Shown here: positions 1-8,653 of the stretch, piece after piece
How positions within the stretch are numbered: the stretch's first letter is position 1
Layout of the letters: the number at the start of each line of letters is the position of its first letter
NCBI GenBank assembly: GCA_964557745.1
Contig: CAZLBQ010000001.1
Coordinates: forward strand, 1 to 58,402
DNA length: 58,402 nt
Reading direction: 5' to 3'
DNA from: an uncultured Anaerolineales bacterium
GTDB lineage: Bacteria; Chloroflexota; Anaerolineae; Epilineales; JAHCIE01
Notes under the pieces: model-generated
Database searches by the model: none
Seen by the model: only the letters and a program-made list of their open reading frames with translations
Told to the model about the DNA's origin: nothing
Position numbers and translations under genes: made by a program

Positions 1-70
1 CGGCCAGATCGCGCTCAAGCTGCCGGCGCGGGAGGGGGCCGTGCTGGGGGCGGCTTGAGACACGTACATG

Positions 71-96
71 GGCGGGGACAGGAGCTTGTCCCCGCC
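71..96 (+). terminator. GC-rich stem-loop after an ORF that enters from the left edge
   Basis: A perfect 10-bp stem (ggcggggaca / tgtccccgcc) with a 6-nt loop. It lies 13 nt after an in-frame TGA at 56-58 that closes a reading frame open from the window edge. There is no clear T-tract. Confidence 0.4.
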
Positions 97-199
97 TGGC
101 CTGGTCGTCATCATGACGCCCCGTGACGTGGTCCAGCTATTGGAGGCAGGTGATGAACCAGCATAGAACGAAGAGCTTCGACATTAGAGTTCCCTGTCA

Positions 200-2224
200 A
201 TGATAACATCGACATTGATTAAGCTTTCTTTGCCCTTAGTACTACTGAGCGCCTTAATCCTGAGCCTCAATTCCAACCCGCCGCCCTTCCCTCTTCCGCA
301 AACGAGCGGTCTACTCGTTCGTGCCCCCATCCCTGACGATCCCCAGTGGTATAAGCGAACCCAAGTTTACGGCATGCTGCCACTTTGGCCCGACGATGCC
401 CTGACCCTCGGACTAACGCTCAATGGCTTGTGGGGGGGATATTTTTGGGCTAGTCCGATTCGGCAGGGCAACTACATGTACGCCAGCGATGCTGAGCAAG
501 TCAACGCATTCCATCAAGCTGGGTTACGGCTCTCAGGCGTGATTGATGCCTCAGGGGCTTATACCGCTCAACTCGACCAGTATCCTGATCTGCGACAGGC
601 TCTAGACACACGAATCAATGGCGAGCCTGCGATATACGGCGACTATCACTTCATGTGCCTTGATGATCCCGATTGGCTTACCTGGCAAATCGAGGAAGGC
701 AAGCGCATTATTGATGCCAACGCTGATTCCATTACTATCGACAACTTTGTCCCGCTGAGTCGGGCCTTGCTTTTAGGCTCGCTGTCTCTGCCAGGCAGCA
801 CACCCGGTTTTTGTGATGCCACCCTCAATGCCTTTAGACGGACAGTAACACCTGAATTGCCCTATGTCAGCGCATTATCGAATGATGAACTGAGACGTAG
901 TTTAGGCCAGAGCGAGCTTTATCTTTATGGGGGCAGTTCTGTTAAAAATGAGCTGATGGACTATTTCTGGCCCTTCTACGAGCAGGCCAGTTACACCCAC
1001 ATGGAACAATTGACGACCGCACTCCGCGCTTATGGTCGCGAATTAGGTAGGAATATCATCATCAGTGGCAATTCGCCTTTGACAGGTTTACGCCTGGGGG
1101 CCAATGAAGAATACAGTTTGGATACGTACCGCTATTGGGGCTTGGTAGATTTTTTCGCTAGCGAGTTTTCCTATGACAGCGCCTCCACTCAAGACCCCCT
1201 ATGGCCTTTGCCGGGTCGAAAGATGGTTGCGTGGTATAAGGCTGGCTGGGCCATCAAGAAGACACCTAACGTCTTTATGTTTAACTCAAGTAGCGACTGG
1301 CCCCAGATATTTACCGCCAATCTTCGCAACTTCTACGCTATTCGAATGGCCGAAAGCTACGCCAATCGCCAGGCCTTAGCGCTGTACACCAGTCCTGAGG
1401 ATCCCAGTAAGATCGATTTCTTCCGGCCCCTGGCGGGCCTTGCCACGTTTATCACGGCAAATCAGGAATTGTTCGACCAGACACGTGATGTTTACGCCGA
1501 CACCGTCGTTATCTACTTCAGTCCCAAGCAAGACACCTGGCCGACGTATGAGGGTTTGACCCTGGCTCTGGCCGACTCCAATCTTCAATTCGAGACACTT
1601 ATCGCCTCCGATGCCACCCCTCTGACGGTCGATAGACTCATGCCGTTTCAGACGGTTGTCGTCGCTACGCTGAAGGATATGCCGCTTGCCGGTATCCAAG
1701 TCCTCAATGAGTATGTCACGCTTGGTGGCACGGTCGTTGTCTTTGACGATCTCATCAATCCGGCCCTCCTCGATAACCCACGCATACGGCTAGTGGGCAC
1801 AGACCTGGGGCGCGCGTATCTCACGGACCACTTCAGCCAGACTCGGCAAGAGATTCGGAATTGGGTGATGCAGGGCACAACCCCTCGGGTTACATTGGAG
1901 GCTGAGGGGGGAAAAGTGTCAGCATTTGCCTATCAAGGGAACGGCAAGTTAATCGTGCATTTGGTGAATTATGACCATCAGTTCAATACCGACCAGGTGA
2001 TTGACAAAGGCGACTTCTATCTAAGGCTTCGCTCAAAGATTGGCTACCAGCAGGCGACTTTGCTCTCGCCTGATTTCAGCGATCGAATTCCGTTGACCGT
2101 AGAACATGATGACGGCGAGACCATCCGAGTCAAGATCCCCAGGCTCCATATCTACGATATAATTGTCCTATCATCGGAGCAAGTGTTCTTGCCTCTTATT
2201 ATCGGTGGCATCCCCCGTCCTTAA
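200..2224 (+). CDS. Secreted hypothetical protein (674 aa), possibly a polysaccharide hydrolase-like protein; function unassigned
   Basis: A long ORF with an N-terminal signal-like segment (MITSTLIKLSLPLVLLSALILSLNS). The composition is protein-like rather than the Arg/Ala/Pro-rich composition of shadow ORFs. The segment ADSITIDNF loosely recalls TIM-barrel glycosidases. The C-terminus is VFLPLIIGGIPRP. The gene is visibly more AT-rich than the rest of the window. Confidence 0.75.
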   Translation: MITSTLIKLSLPLVLLSALILSLNSNPPPFPLPQTSGLLVRAPIPDDPQWYKRTQVYGMLPLWPDDALTLGLTLNGLWGGYFWASPIRQGNYMYASDAEQVNAFHQAGLRLSGVIDASGAYTAQLDQYPDLRQALDTRINGEPAIYGDYHFMCLDDPDWLTWQIEEGKRIIDANADSITIDNFVPLSRALLLGSLSLPGSTPGFCDATLNAFRRTVTPELPYVSALSNDELRRSLGQSELYLYGGSSVKNELMDYFWPFYEQASYTHMEQLTTALRAYGRELGRNIIISGNSPLTGLRLGANEEYSLDTYRYWGLVDFFASEFSYDSASTQDPLWPLPGRKMVAWYKAGWAIKKTPNVFMFNSSSDWPQIFTANLRNFYAIRMAESYANRQALALYTSPEDPSKIDFFRPLAGLATFITANQELFDQTRDVYADTVVIYFSPKQDTWPTYEGLTLALADSNLQFETLIASDATPLTVDRLMPFQTVVVATLKDMPLAGIQVLNEYVTLGGTVVVFDDLINPALLDNPRIRLVGTDLGRAYLTDHFSQTRQEIRNWVMQGTTPRVTLEAEGGKVSAFAYQGNGKLIVHLVNYDHQFNTDQVIDKGDFYLRLRSKIGYQQATLLSPDFSDRIPLTVEHDDGETIRVKIPRLHIYDIIVLSSEQVFLPLIIGGIPRP

Positions 2225-2290
2225 CCAGCGAGGTGCGAGTGATTTCACCATCCGGATTTTGATGCAGTCTCCACGAGGCCGTGCAAGCCA

Positions 2291-2319
2291 TTGACAAATA
2301 TGAGCAACTGAGATATACT
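2291..2319 (+). promoter_or_regulatory. Near-consensus sigma70-type promoter upstream of the kinase/regulator pair
   Basis: TTGACA (2291-2296), a 17-nt spacer, then TATACT (2314-2319). It lies about 100 nt upstream of the kinase start. Confidence 0.5.
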
Positions 2320-2417
2320 GCATGTCACCTATGCCCGAAGCCAAGTTCGCGTCGAGACGCTTCACAATCTCACCTGGATAGTTACAGCTGATCTGGCCCT
2401 TCTTGCAGGAGGCTGTC

Positions 2418-3281
2418 GTGTCATGCAGAGAGCGAGTCCGCGTGACGAGGCGATATAGAGATAGTCGCCGAAGGGGGGGACAGTACAGCAGACTCAGATA
2501 CGATGCCGGTGCTTTCCCAACCCCTACCCAGCGCCGGCCAGTGCTAGGCGCTGTAGGTGACCCTCGCTCGCTTGATGCGTTGACTCATGAACTGCGCACG
2601 CCGCTTGCCGTGATGAAGGTGACGGTCGATCTACTCAAGGAATTCCCATCGCTTGAGACACATGAAGTTCAGCTACTACTAACGCATCTCGAATGTGCCA
2701 CGCTCTGGGTCAACGCCTTGCTCCAGAATCGGGCTGCATGGGAAACGTTGCAGACAAGCCAGGTAGAACTTCCCTTGACGCGTTTGCGTCTGTCTAGCTG
2801 TCTCAAATCACCTCTTGACCTCGTCCAACCTCTTTTGAACCGTAAACAGCAGATCGTCCAAGTTCACCTTCACACTGACCAAGACTGGGTCTGTGCCAAT
2901 CGCCAGGCCATCGAGCAGGTCATCGTCAACTTGTTGGTGAATGCCGCCAAATACGGGCCGCGGGGCGACGTGATCGACATCGTTGTCTCCGCCTACCTGA
3001 GTTGGGTCGAGATGAGAGTCACGGATCATGGGGCGGGCGTCGCGGAGGGTGAACAGGAGCACGTCTTTCAGCCCTACGTGCGTGGCGCCGCCGGACGGCA
3101 GGATGGGAGTGGGCTAGGGCTGGGGCTGGCCATTGTGAAACACCTCGTGGAGGTGTGCGCCGGTAGGGTGGGCGTCGAGAGTCGGCTGGGTGAAATCACC
3201 TCTTTTTGGATTCGCTTGCCTCTAGTGAGCGAAGCGTGTGGAGATCAGACAGGCCGAACCTCTTTCCAACTCTCTGCGTGA
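2418..3281 (+). CDS. Histidine kinase with DHp and catalytic ATPase domains only, no recognisable sensor or transmembrane region
   Basis: H-box LTHELRTPLAVM, N-box NLLVNAAKYGP, G1 DHGAGV and G2 GSGLGLGLAIV. The ORF track starts at 2403. I prefer the in-frame GTG at 2418, which sits 5 nt after AGGAGG (2407-2412). Confidence 0.85.
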   Translation: MSCRERVRVTRRYRDSRRRGGQYSRLRYDAGAFPTPTQRRPVLGAVGDPRSLDALTHELRTPLAVMKVTVDLLKEFPSLETHEVQLLLTHLECATLWVNALLQNRAAWETLQTSQVELPLTRLRLSSCLKSPLDLVQPLLNRKQQIVQVHLHTDQDWVCANRQAIEQVIVNLLVNAAKYGPRGDVIDIVVSAYLSWVEMRVTDHGAGVAEGEQEHVFQPYVRGAAGRQDGSGLGLGLAIVKHLVEVCAGRVGVESRLGEITSFWIRLPLVSEACGDQTGRTSFQLSA

Positions 3282-3298
3282 ACTGATAGGAGGGTTGA

Positions 3299-3976
3299 AT
3301 GAAGATCTTGCTCGTGGATGACGATCTCGACATGCTCGACATCACATCTTATGCCCTGCGGCGGGAGGGCTTCAACGTCATTGTCGCCACTAATGGGCTG
3401 GAGGCAATACAACGGTGGACGGAGGACCAGCCGAATGTTGTGGTGCTGGATGCGAAGTTGCCCCGCATGACAGGCTTTGAAGTGTGTCGTCGCATTCGCC
3501 AGACCTCGACGACGCCCATCATCATGCTCACGGCTCTCCACGATGAGGAGCACATTGTCAGTGCGTTCCGCATGGGAGCGGACGATTACGTCACCAAGCC
3601 GTTCAGTCCGCGTCAGTTGGCCTTGCGCATCCGCGCTGTCGCCCGACGGAGCGGTCGAGACAGCGGCATAGAGACCATGCGCAAACTTAATGTGGCGGGT
3701 ATGACGTTCGACCCAGAAGCCCATGAAGTACAGGTACACGACCAAGTGGTCCGCTTGACCCCCATTGAATTCCGTCTGATCTACATCTTGGCCAGCAATC
3801 CGGGCCGGGTGATTAGTATGGAACGGCTCGTTGAGTATGCTTGGGGTTATGATCGCGGGGATACCTCCCTGCTCAAGTCCCACATCTCGCACATTCGCAA
3901 GAAGCTCAAGTTGCAGCGTAACCAACAGGGTGATATTTCCACTCTCCCTGGTGTTGGCTACCGGCTTCTCTCTTAG
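3299..3976 (+). CDS. OmpR/PhoB-family response regulator
   Basis: Receiver motifs are MKILLVDDD, the phospho-acceptor context VVVLDAKLPRMTG and DDYVTKPF. The C-terminal winged helix shows LTPIEFRLIYILASNPGRV and GVGYRL. Confidence 0.95.
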   Translation: MKILLVDDDLDMLDITSYALRREGFNVIVATNGLEAIQRWTEDQPNVVVLDAKLPRMTGFEVCRRIRQTSTTPIIMLTALHDEEHIVSAFRMGADDYVTKPFSPRQLALRIRAVARRSGRDSGIETMRKLNVAGMTFDPEAHEVQVHDQVVRLTPIEFRLIYILASNPGRVISMERLVEYAWGYDRGDTSLLKSHISHIRKKLKLQRNQQGDISTLPGVGYRLLS

Positions 3977-4028
3977 GCTCCCCGTTCGACCTCAACCCGA
4001 CCTCAACTATTTCTCCACTCTTCGACGA

Positions 4029-4060
4029 CCCACCTGTGCTATTGTGTCAGCACAGGTGGG
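4029..4060 (+). terminator. Stem-loop between the two-component genes and the glycan operon (terminator or attenuator)
   Basis: A perfect 12-bp stem (cccacctgtgct / agcacaggtggg) with an 8-nt loop, 53 nt after the regulator stop. There is no T-tract and only about 55 nt before the next start codon. Confidence 0.45.
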
Positions 4061-4114
4061 CGGGCTTGTCGGGCGGCTCTGTTGTCCTGAATCCGCCGCC
4101 ACGAGGAGAACGGT

Positions 4115-4786
4115 GTGAGGTCAGCGACATCCGCGCCGGATAGGAGATGGATGGTCGCCGCAAGGCCCATGATAGACCGTGTCGAGGACTGTGTTAGACG
4201 AGGGCTGGATATCGTCGCAGCAGGGCTTGCGCTGCTCGTGGGCCTGCCGCTCATGGGTCTGATGGCGATCTTGATCAAAGTCGAGAGTCCTGGTCCCGCA
4301 ATTCTCGCGCAGTGGCGGCTTGGTCAAGGCTGCCAACCCTTCCGCTTCTACAAATTCAGAACAATGTACACCGATTGGCCGGCCCGGTTTCCCCACCTAG
4401 CCCGGTTCGACTTCGAGCCACAGGCGTTGGACCAGGTTTATCTTCAGATCAAAGATGACCCGCGCGTGACACCTCTCGGTCGGCTTCTCAGGCGGACCAG
4501 CATCGACGAGTGGCCTAACTTCTGGAACATCCTGTGCGGGGACATGGCGCTGGTTGGCCCCCGGCCCGAACTGCCCGCCATGCTGCCCTACTATGAGACG
4601 CGGGAGAAATTCCAGGTGAAGCCTGGCCTGACGTGCTGGGCGCAAGTCCTGGGGCGAGGCGAGCTCAACTTTCCCGATACCGTCGCGCTCGATATCAAGT
4701 ACGTCCGCGAGCGGTCCTTGTGGGTGGATCTCAGCATCTTGCTGGCGACCGTCCGCGCCGTATTCACTGGTAAGGGAGCCTACTGA
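4115..4786 (+). CDS. Small monotopic phosphoglycosyl transferase (bacterial sugar transferase family, WbaP C-terminal/PglC-like); priming enzyme
   Basis: Motifs: LDIVAAGLALLVGLPLMGL re-entrant helix, FRFYKFRTM, DDPRVTPLGRLLRRTSIDEWPNFWN and MALVGPRPE. GAGGAG lies 7 nt upstream of the GTG start. Confidence 0.9.
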   Translation: MRSATSAPDRRWMVAARPMIDRVEDCVRRGLDIVAAGLALLVGLPLMGLMAILIKVESPGPAILAQWRLGQGCQPFRFYKFRTMYTDWPARFPHLARFDFEPQALDQVYLQIKDDPRVTPLGRLLRRTSIDEWPNFWNILCGDMALVGPRPELPAMLPYYETREKFQVKPGLTCWAQVLGRGELNFPDTVALDIKYVRERSLWVDLSILLATVRAVFTGKGAY

Positions 4787-4797
4787 GGAGAGACAAG

Positions 4798-5526
4798 GTG
4801 AGTTATCGGTCTTGGGGTGAGGCCCTGCTGAAGGAACAACGTCTCCTCGTCGTCAGTGTCCACCCCGACGACGAGGTGCTGGGCTGCGGGGGGCTAATCA
4901 AAAAGGTCAAGGACTGCGGGGGGGAAGTCTATATCCTCTATGTGACAGTTGGTCCCAGTCCGCAGTACGACCACATCCATACCTACACCGAGGTGGACAC
5001 ACGGCGGTCCGAGATCGAGGCCGTCGTGGAGTTCCTGGGGGTGGACGGTTACGACCTGGCGCTGGTTGGGGAGGAGTATCACCTCAACCTCAACACAGTT
5101 CCCCAGCGCACCCTGGTGGATCTCATCGAGAAAGACAGTCCGGTCTCGCTCACAACCATACGACCTACGATGGTGGCGATCCCCGCGCCCGACCATTACC
5201 ACCAGGATCACCGCGCTGTCTTTGACGCCAGCTTCGCCGCGTTGCGGCCCTTGCCGCATGACCTCAAACCGTTCCAGCCCATCGTCCTGATGCATGAGCA
5301 GGCGTGTTATGCCTGGTCCATCACCCGCCTGCAGCCCAATTTCTATGTCGACATCACCAACCAGCTTGAGGCGAAGGTGCGGGCGCTCGAATTGCATCAC
5401 TCGCAACTCCGCACCGGACTTCACTTCCGAACACCTGATCACTTGCGACGTCTCGCTCAGGTCCGTGGGCGAGAGGTAGGCGTCGAAGCAGCTGAAGCAT
5501 TTATCTGCCATCGCTTCCTGGTGTAG
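4798..5526 (+). CDS. PIG-L/LmbE-family N-acetylglucosaminyl deacetylase
   Basis: VVSVHPDDEVLGCGGLI zinc-binding motif and the later HQDHRAV motif. Confidence 0.85.
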   Translation: MSYRSWGEALLKEQRLLVVSVHPDDEVLGCGGLIKKVKDCGGEVYILYVTVGPSPQYDHIHTYTEVDTRRSEIEAVVEFLGVDGYDLALVGEEYHLNLNTVPQRTLVDLIEKDSPVSLTTIRPTMVAIPAPDHYHQDHRAVFDASFAALRPLPHDLKPFQPIVLMHEQACYAWSITRLQPNFYVDITNQLEAKVRALELHHSQLRTGLHFRTPDHLRRLAQVRGREVGVEAAEAFICHRFLV

Positions 5527-5574
5527 GCCGTGGCGATCAGGATACCCCCTCGCCCTTAGTGAAGGCGGCAGTAC

Positions 5575-6681
5575 ATGTCGTGGCCAACAGCCAAGCAGAA
5601 GCTCCAGGGCACAGTTGCAAAGTATTTCCGCTACCCGCGCCACCTGGCTGCCTTGCTCCAGCACGCGGGTGTGCGTAAGACGATCAATGTGCTGCTCGTC
5701 GAGGCCGAGCGGTTGCAGCGTCGCAGCCTCTTGCGGGGTAAACCCTACTACTACTTTGTCGACCCCTGCAACGTCTGCAATCTGGGCTGTCCGCTCTGTC
5801 CGACGGGCACAAACGAACTGGGTCGCAAGACCAGGGGTGTCCTGAAGCTGGCTGACTATCAGGTCATCCTGGACAAAATTTCCCCCTATGCCGTCGAGGT
5901 CTCCTTGCACAACTGGGGCGAGCCTCTCCTGAACAAGGAGATCTTCGACATGATTGCTGTGACTGATAGGCTCGGTATTGCCACCAATATGAGCTCTAAC
6001 TTGAGCCTGGAGAGAGAGGGGTTGGGCGAGCGGTTGGTGGCGTCAGGGCTGGAGTACCTGATTGTCTCGCTCGACGGTGTTACCCAGGACGTCTACGAGC
6101 GCTACCGCGTGCGGGGCAACATCGATCTCGTGTTCCATAACATCCGCGACATTGTCGCGGCCAAGCAGCGGCTAGGTAGCAAGACGCCGGTCATCGAGTG
6201 GCAGTTTCTCGTGTTCAACCACAACGAGCACCAGATGGAGGCCGCGCGAGAGCTTGCCTCGCACCTGGGCGTAGACCGCCTACGCTTCCGCTCCCCAGGT
6301 CTGCCGTACAACCAGATCGACAATGAGGAGCTAGGGGCGAAGTGGATGCCGACCAATCCCGCTTATTGGGAGCTTCACCCCGGCTTGCTCCGCAAACAGG
6401 GCTACTTGTGGGACGAACCGTGCTACTACCTGTACCGTTCCATGACCGTCAACCCGGGTGGGGGCATTGCCGCCTGTTGTATTGTGTACAAGGAGCGCCA
6501 GGACTTCGGCAACCTCCTCAACGATGACCTGGATACCATCTGGAACAATCCGTCTTACCAGGCCTCCCGCGCTCTGTTTGCGCGGCAGCCAATAGCCCAG
6601 GCCCGCACCATCTGCGATGGGTGCTATCTCTTCAACCGTCATGTTGTGCGCACTCCATCGCCGGCGCCGAGGAAAGCATGA
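5575..6681 (+). CDS. Radical SAM enzyme with a C-terminal SPASM/twitch-like Cys-rich domain
   Basis: CX3CX2C motif in CNLGCPLC, a GEPLL glycine-rich SAM motif, and C-terminal cysteines (CYYLY, AACCIV, CDGCYLF). Confidence 0.85.
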   Translation: MSWPTAKQKLQGTVAKYFRYPRHLAALLQHAGVRKTINVLLVEAERLQRRSLLRGKPYYYFVDPCNVCNLGCPLCPTGTNELGRKTRGVLKLADYQVILDKISPYAVEVSLHNWGEPLLNKEIFDMIAVTDRLGIATNMSSNLSLEREGLGERLVASGLEYLIVSLDGVTQDVYERYRVRGNIDLVFHNIRDIVAAKQRLGSKTPVIEWQFLVFNHNEHQMEAARELASHLGVDRLRFRSPGLPYNQIDNEELGAKWMPTNPAYWELHPGLLRKQGYLWDEPCYYLYRSMTVNPGGGIAACCIVYKERQDFGNLLNDDLDTIWNNPSYQASRALFARQPIAQARTICDGCYLFNRHVVRTPSPAPRKA

Positions 6682-7679
6682 ATCAGCCAGCGACACGCGA
6701 CGACCGGGCCGCGTTTCGAGACGCCCGCATCCTGGTAACAGGTGGAGCTGGGTTTATCGGTCGGCACTTGACCTCGGCCCTGCTCGCAGGGGGCGCCGAG
6801 GTGGTCGTGGTCGACGAGCGCCCCCTCCCCACAAATGGCGAGCCTCGGAGGAGCCTATCGACGCGCCAGGTTAGCATGGGCAGCCCGGCCTTTGCCGCCT
6901 GCTTCCGCCAAGACGGTCCTTTTGATTACATTTTTCACCTGGCGGCGCGTGCTTACGCCGCGGATTCCGTCAACGCCCCCTACGGGGACTTCATAACGAA
7001 TCTGGTAGCAACGGTTGACCTTTTGGAGCAACTCCGTGCGTTGAAGGCGTCGGGGCGACTGATCTTCGCCTCGTCGGCGGCGGTCTATGGCAATCCCGCC
7101 AAGCTCCCGGTCGAAGAGAGCGATGTGACCGTTCCCATATCGCCCTATGGCGTCAGCAAACTCGCGGCCGAGCGTTACGTGGCCGTCTATGCGCGACTAT
7201 ACCAGCTACCGGCCGCCTCGCTGCGCCTGTTCTCTGTGTACGGTCCCTATCAGACCAAGCAAGTCGTCTACGACTTCTTCGCCAATCTTCACGCGTCCCC
7301 CCAGCGCTTGGTTGTGAAGGGCGACGGAACGCAAGTCCGTGACCTGGTGTATGTGGCGGACGTGGTGCGGGCGTTCCTGGCCGTCGCCGCACGTGGGCGA
7401 GGCGATGGCTTTGCTTATAACGTCGCCTCAGGCGTAGGAACCTCAACGGCAGACCTGGCCCAACGGATCATCCGTGTCCATCAGGCCGAGGCTACTATCG
7501 CATTTACCGGCAGCACCCGGCCGGGTGATCCCGAGCGCTGGGTTGGGAGTTGCGAACCGCTGGCCGCATTGGGTGGCGCCCCCATCCACTCTCTCGATGA
7601 AGGGCTACAGGCAACAGCCCACTGGTTCAACACGCACATGGCGCTCCAGCCGATACTCACCGAGGATCTGGTCGGATGA
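6678..7679 (+). CDS. NAD-dependent sugar-nucleotide epimerase/dehydratase (SDR, GalE-like)
   Basis: ILVTGGAGFIGRHL Rossmann motif and a YGVSK catalytic YxxxK. The ATG at 6678 overlaps the upstream stop (ATGA). Confidence 0.9.
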   Translation: MNQPATRDDRAAFRDARILVTGGAGFIGRHLTSALLAGGAEVVVVDERPLPTNGEPRRSLSTRQVSMGSPAFAACFRQDGPFDYIFHLAARAYAADSVNAPYGDFITNLVATVDLLEQLRALKASGRLIFASSAAVYGNPAKLPVEESDVTVPISPYGVSKLAAERYVAVYARLYQLPAASLRLFSVYGPYQTKQVVYDFFANLHASPQRLVVKGDGTQVRDLVYVADVVRAFLAVAARGRGDGFAYNVASGVGTSTADLAQRIIRVHQAEATIAFTGSTRPGDPERWVGSCEPLAALGGAPIHSLDEGLQATAHWFNTHMALQPILTEDLVG

Positions 7680-8653
7680 GCGAAATTCTCGCCCTTCCCC
7701 CGCCTAGCCTGCGCAGAGGGGCTGCGGATGGGGCCTGGCTCCGCGCGCAATACAGCGCCGATGTCTCCGTGATCGTGGTCAGTTACAACACGTGCGCCTT
7801 GCTGGGTCGCACGCTCCAGACACTCTTCGCGTCGACGCCAGCGCATAGCCTGGAAGTCATTGTCGTCGATAATGGGTCCACGGATGGCAGCGTCGCGATG
7901 GTGCAGCGCGATTACCCTGATGTCCGTTGCATTGCCAATCGGCGTAACCTCGGTCACAGCGGAGGTTGCAACCAGGGCATGCGGCTGGCGCAGGGGAACT
8001 ACCTATGGCTGCTCAACAGCGATACCATCATCTTGCCGGGCGCAGTGGATAGCCTAGTGGATTACCTGGCGGCTAACCCCCACGTGGGGGCGGCGGGCAG
8101 CCAGGTGCTCAATGTCGACGGCACGGTGCAGGGATCGGTCAAGAGTCTCCCAACCCCGATGGCGGCGCTGTTTGGTCGACATTCCGTGTTGACGCGCCTG
8201 TTTCCCAACAACCGCTTCTCCCGACGCTACCTAGTGTACCTAGATCAGGACTTTACGCGTCCGTTCGCGGTTGGCTCGGTCTCTGGCTGCGCCCTCCTGG
8301 CGCGCCGAGAGGCGATTGAGGCGGCGGGCCTCATGGATGAGCGGCTTTTCTACTGGAATGATGTCGACTGGTGCCGCGCCTTCTGGGCCGCCGGCTACGA
8401 GGTCCATTGTGTGCCCGCCTCGAGGATTATCCACGACGAGCACAAGGGAGGAAGCCGGACCGGACAGCGCCAGAGCCTCAAGTCCATTATTGCCTTCCAC
8501 CGCGGCGCCTATCTCTACTACCGAAAGTGGCACGTCACACATCCGTGGCAGCCCAACCACCTCGCCGCCATCGTCGGCCTATCGGGCCGCGCTCTGGTCG
8601 TTCTTACGGTCGAGCAACTCCGCTGGGCACTGCGGCGGACAAGGACGGCCTGA
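7676..8653 (+). CDS. Family 2 glycosyltransferase
   Basis: VSVIVVSYNT and VIVVDNGSTDGS, with later DxD-like context NSDT. There is an ATGA overlap with the upstream gene. Confidence 0.9.
   Translation: MSEILALPPPSLRRGAADGAWLRAQYSADVSVIVVSYNTCALLGRTLQTLFASTPAHSLEVIVVDNGSTDGSVAMVQRDYPDVRCIANRRNLGHSGGCNQGMRLAQGNYLWLLNSDTIILPGAVDSLVDYLAANPHVGAAGSQVLNVDGTVQGSVKSLPTPMAALFGRHSVLTRLFPNNRFSRRYLVYLDQDFTRPFAVGSVSGCALLARREAIEAAGLMDERLFYWNDVDWCRAFWAAGYEVHCVPASRIIHDEHKGGSRTGQRQSLKSIIAFHRGAYLYYRKWHVTHPWQPNHLAAIVGLSGRALVVLTVEQLRWALRRTRTA

Noticed and set aside
1-58. A partial CDS entering from the left edge (frame 2, ...GQIALKLPAREGAVLGAA, stop at 56-58)
   Set aside because: Only 18 codons are visible, too few to support a call or a product. 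I mention it only as context for the hairpin at 71-96.
5575-6681. Reading the two radical SAM/SPASM genes (also 18406..19533) as RiPP maturases
   Set aside because: There is no small precursor-peptide ORF, leader-peptidase, transporter or RiPP recognition element gene adjacent. Both genes are translationally coupled to glycosyltransferase and sugar-modifying genes inside one operon. A peptide substrate encoded elsewhere cannot be excluded.
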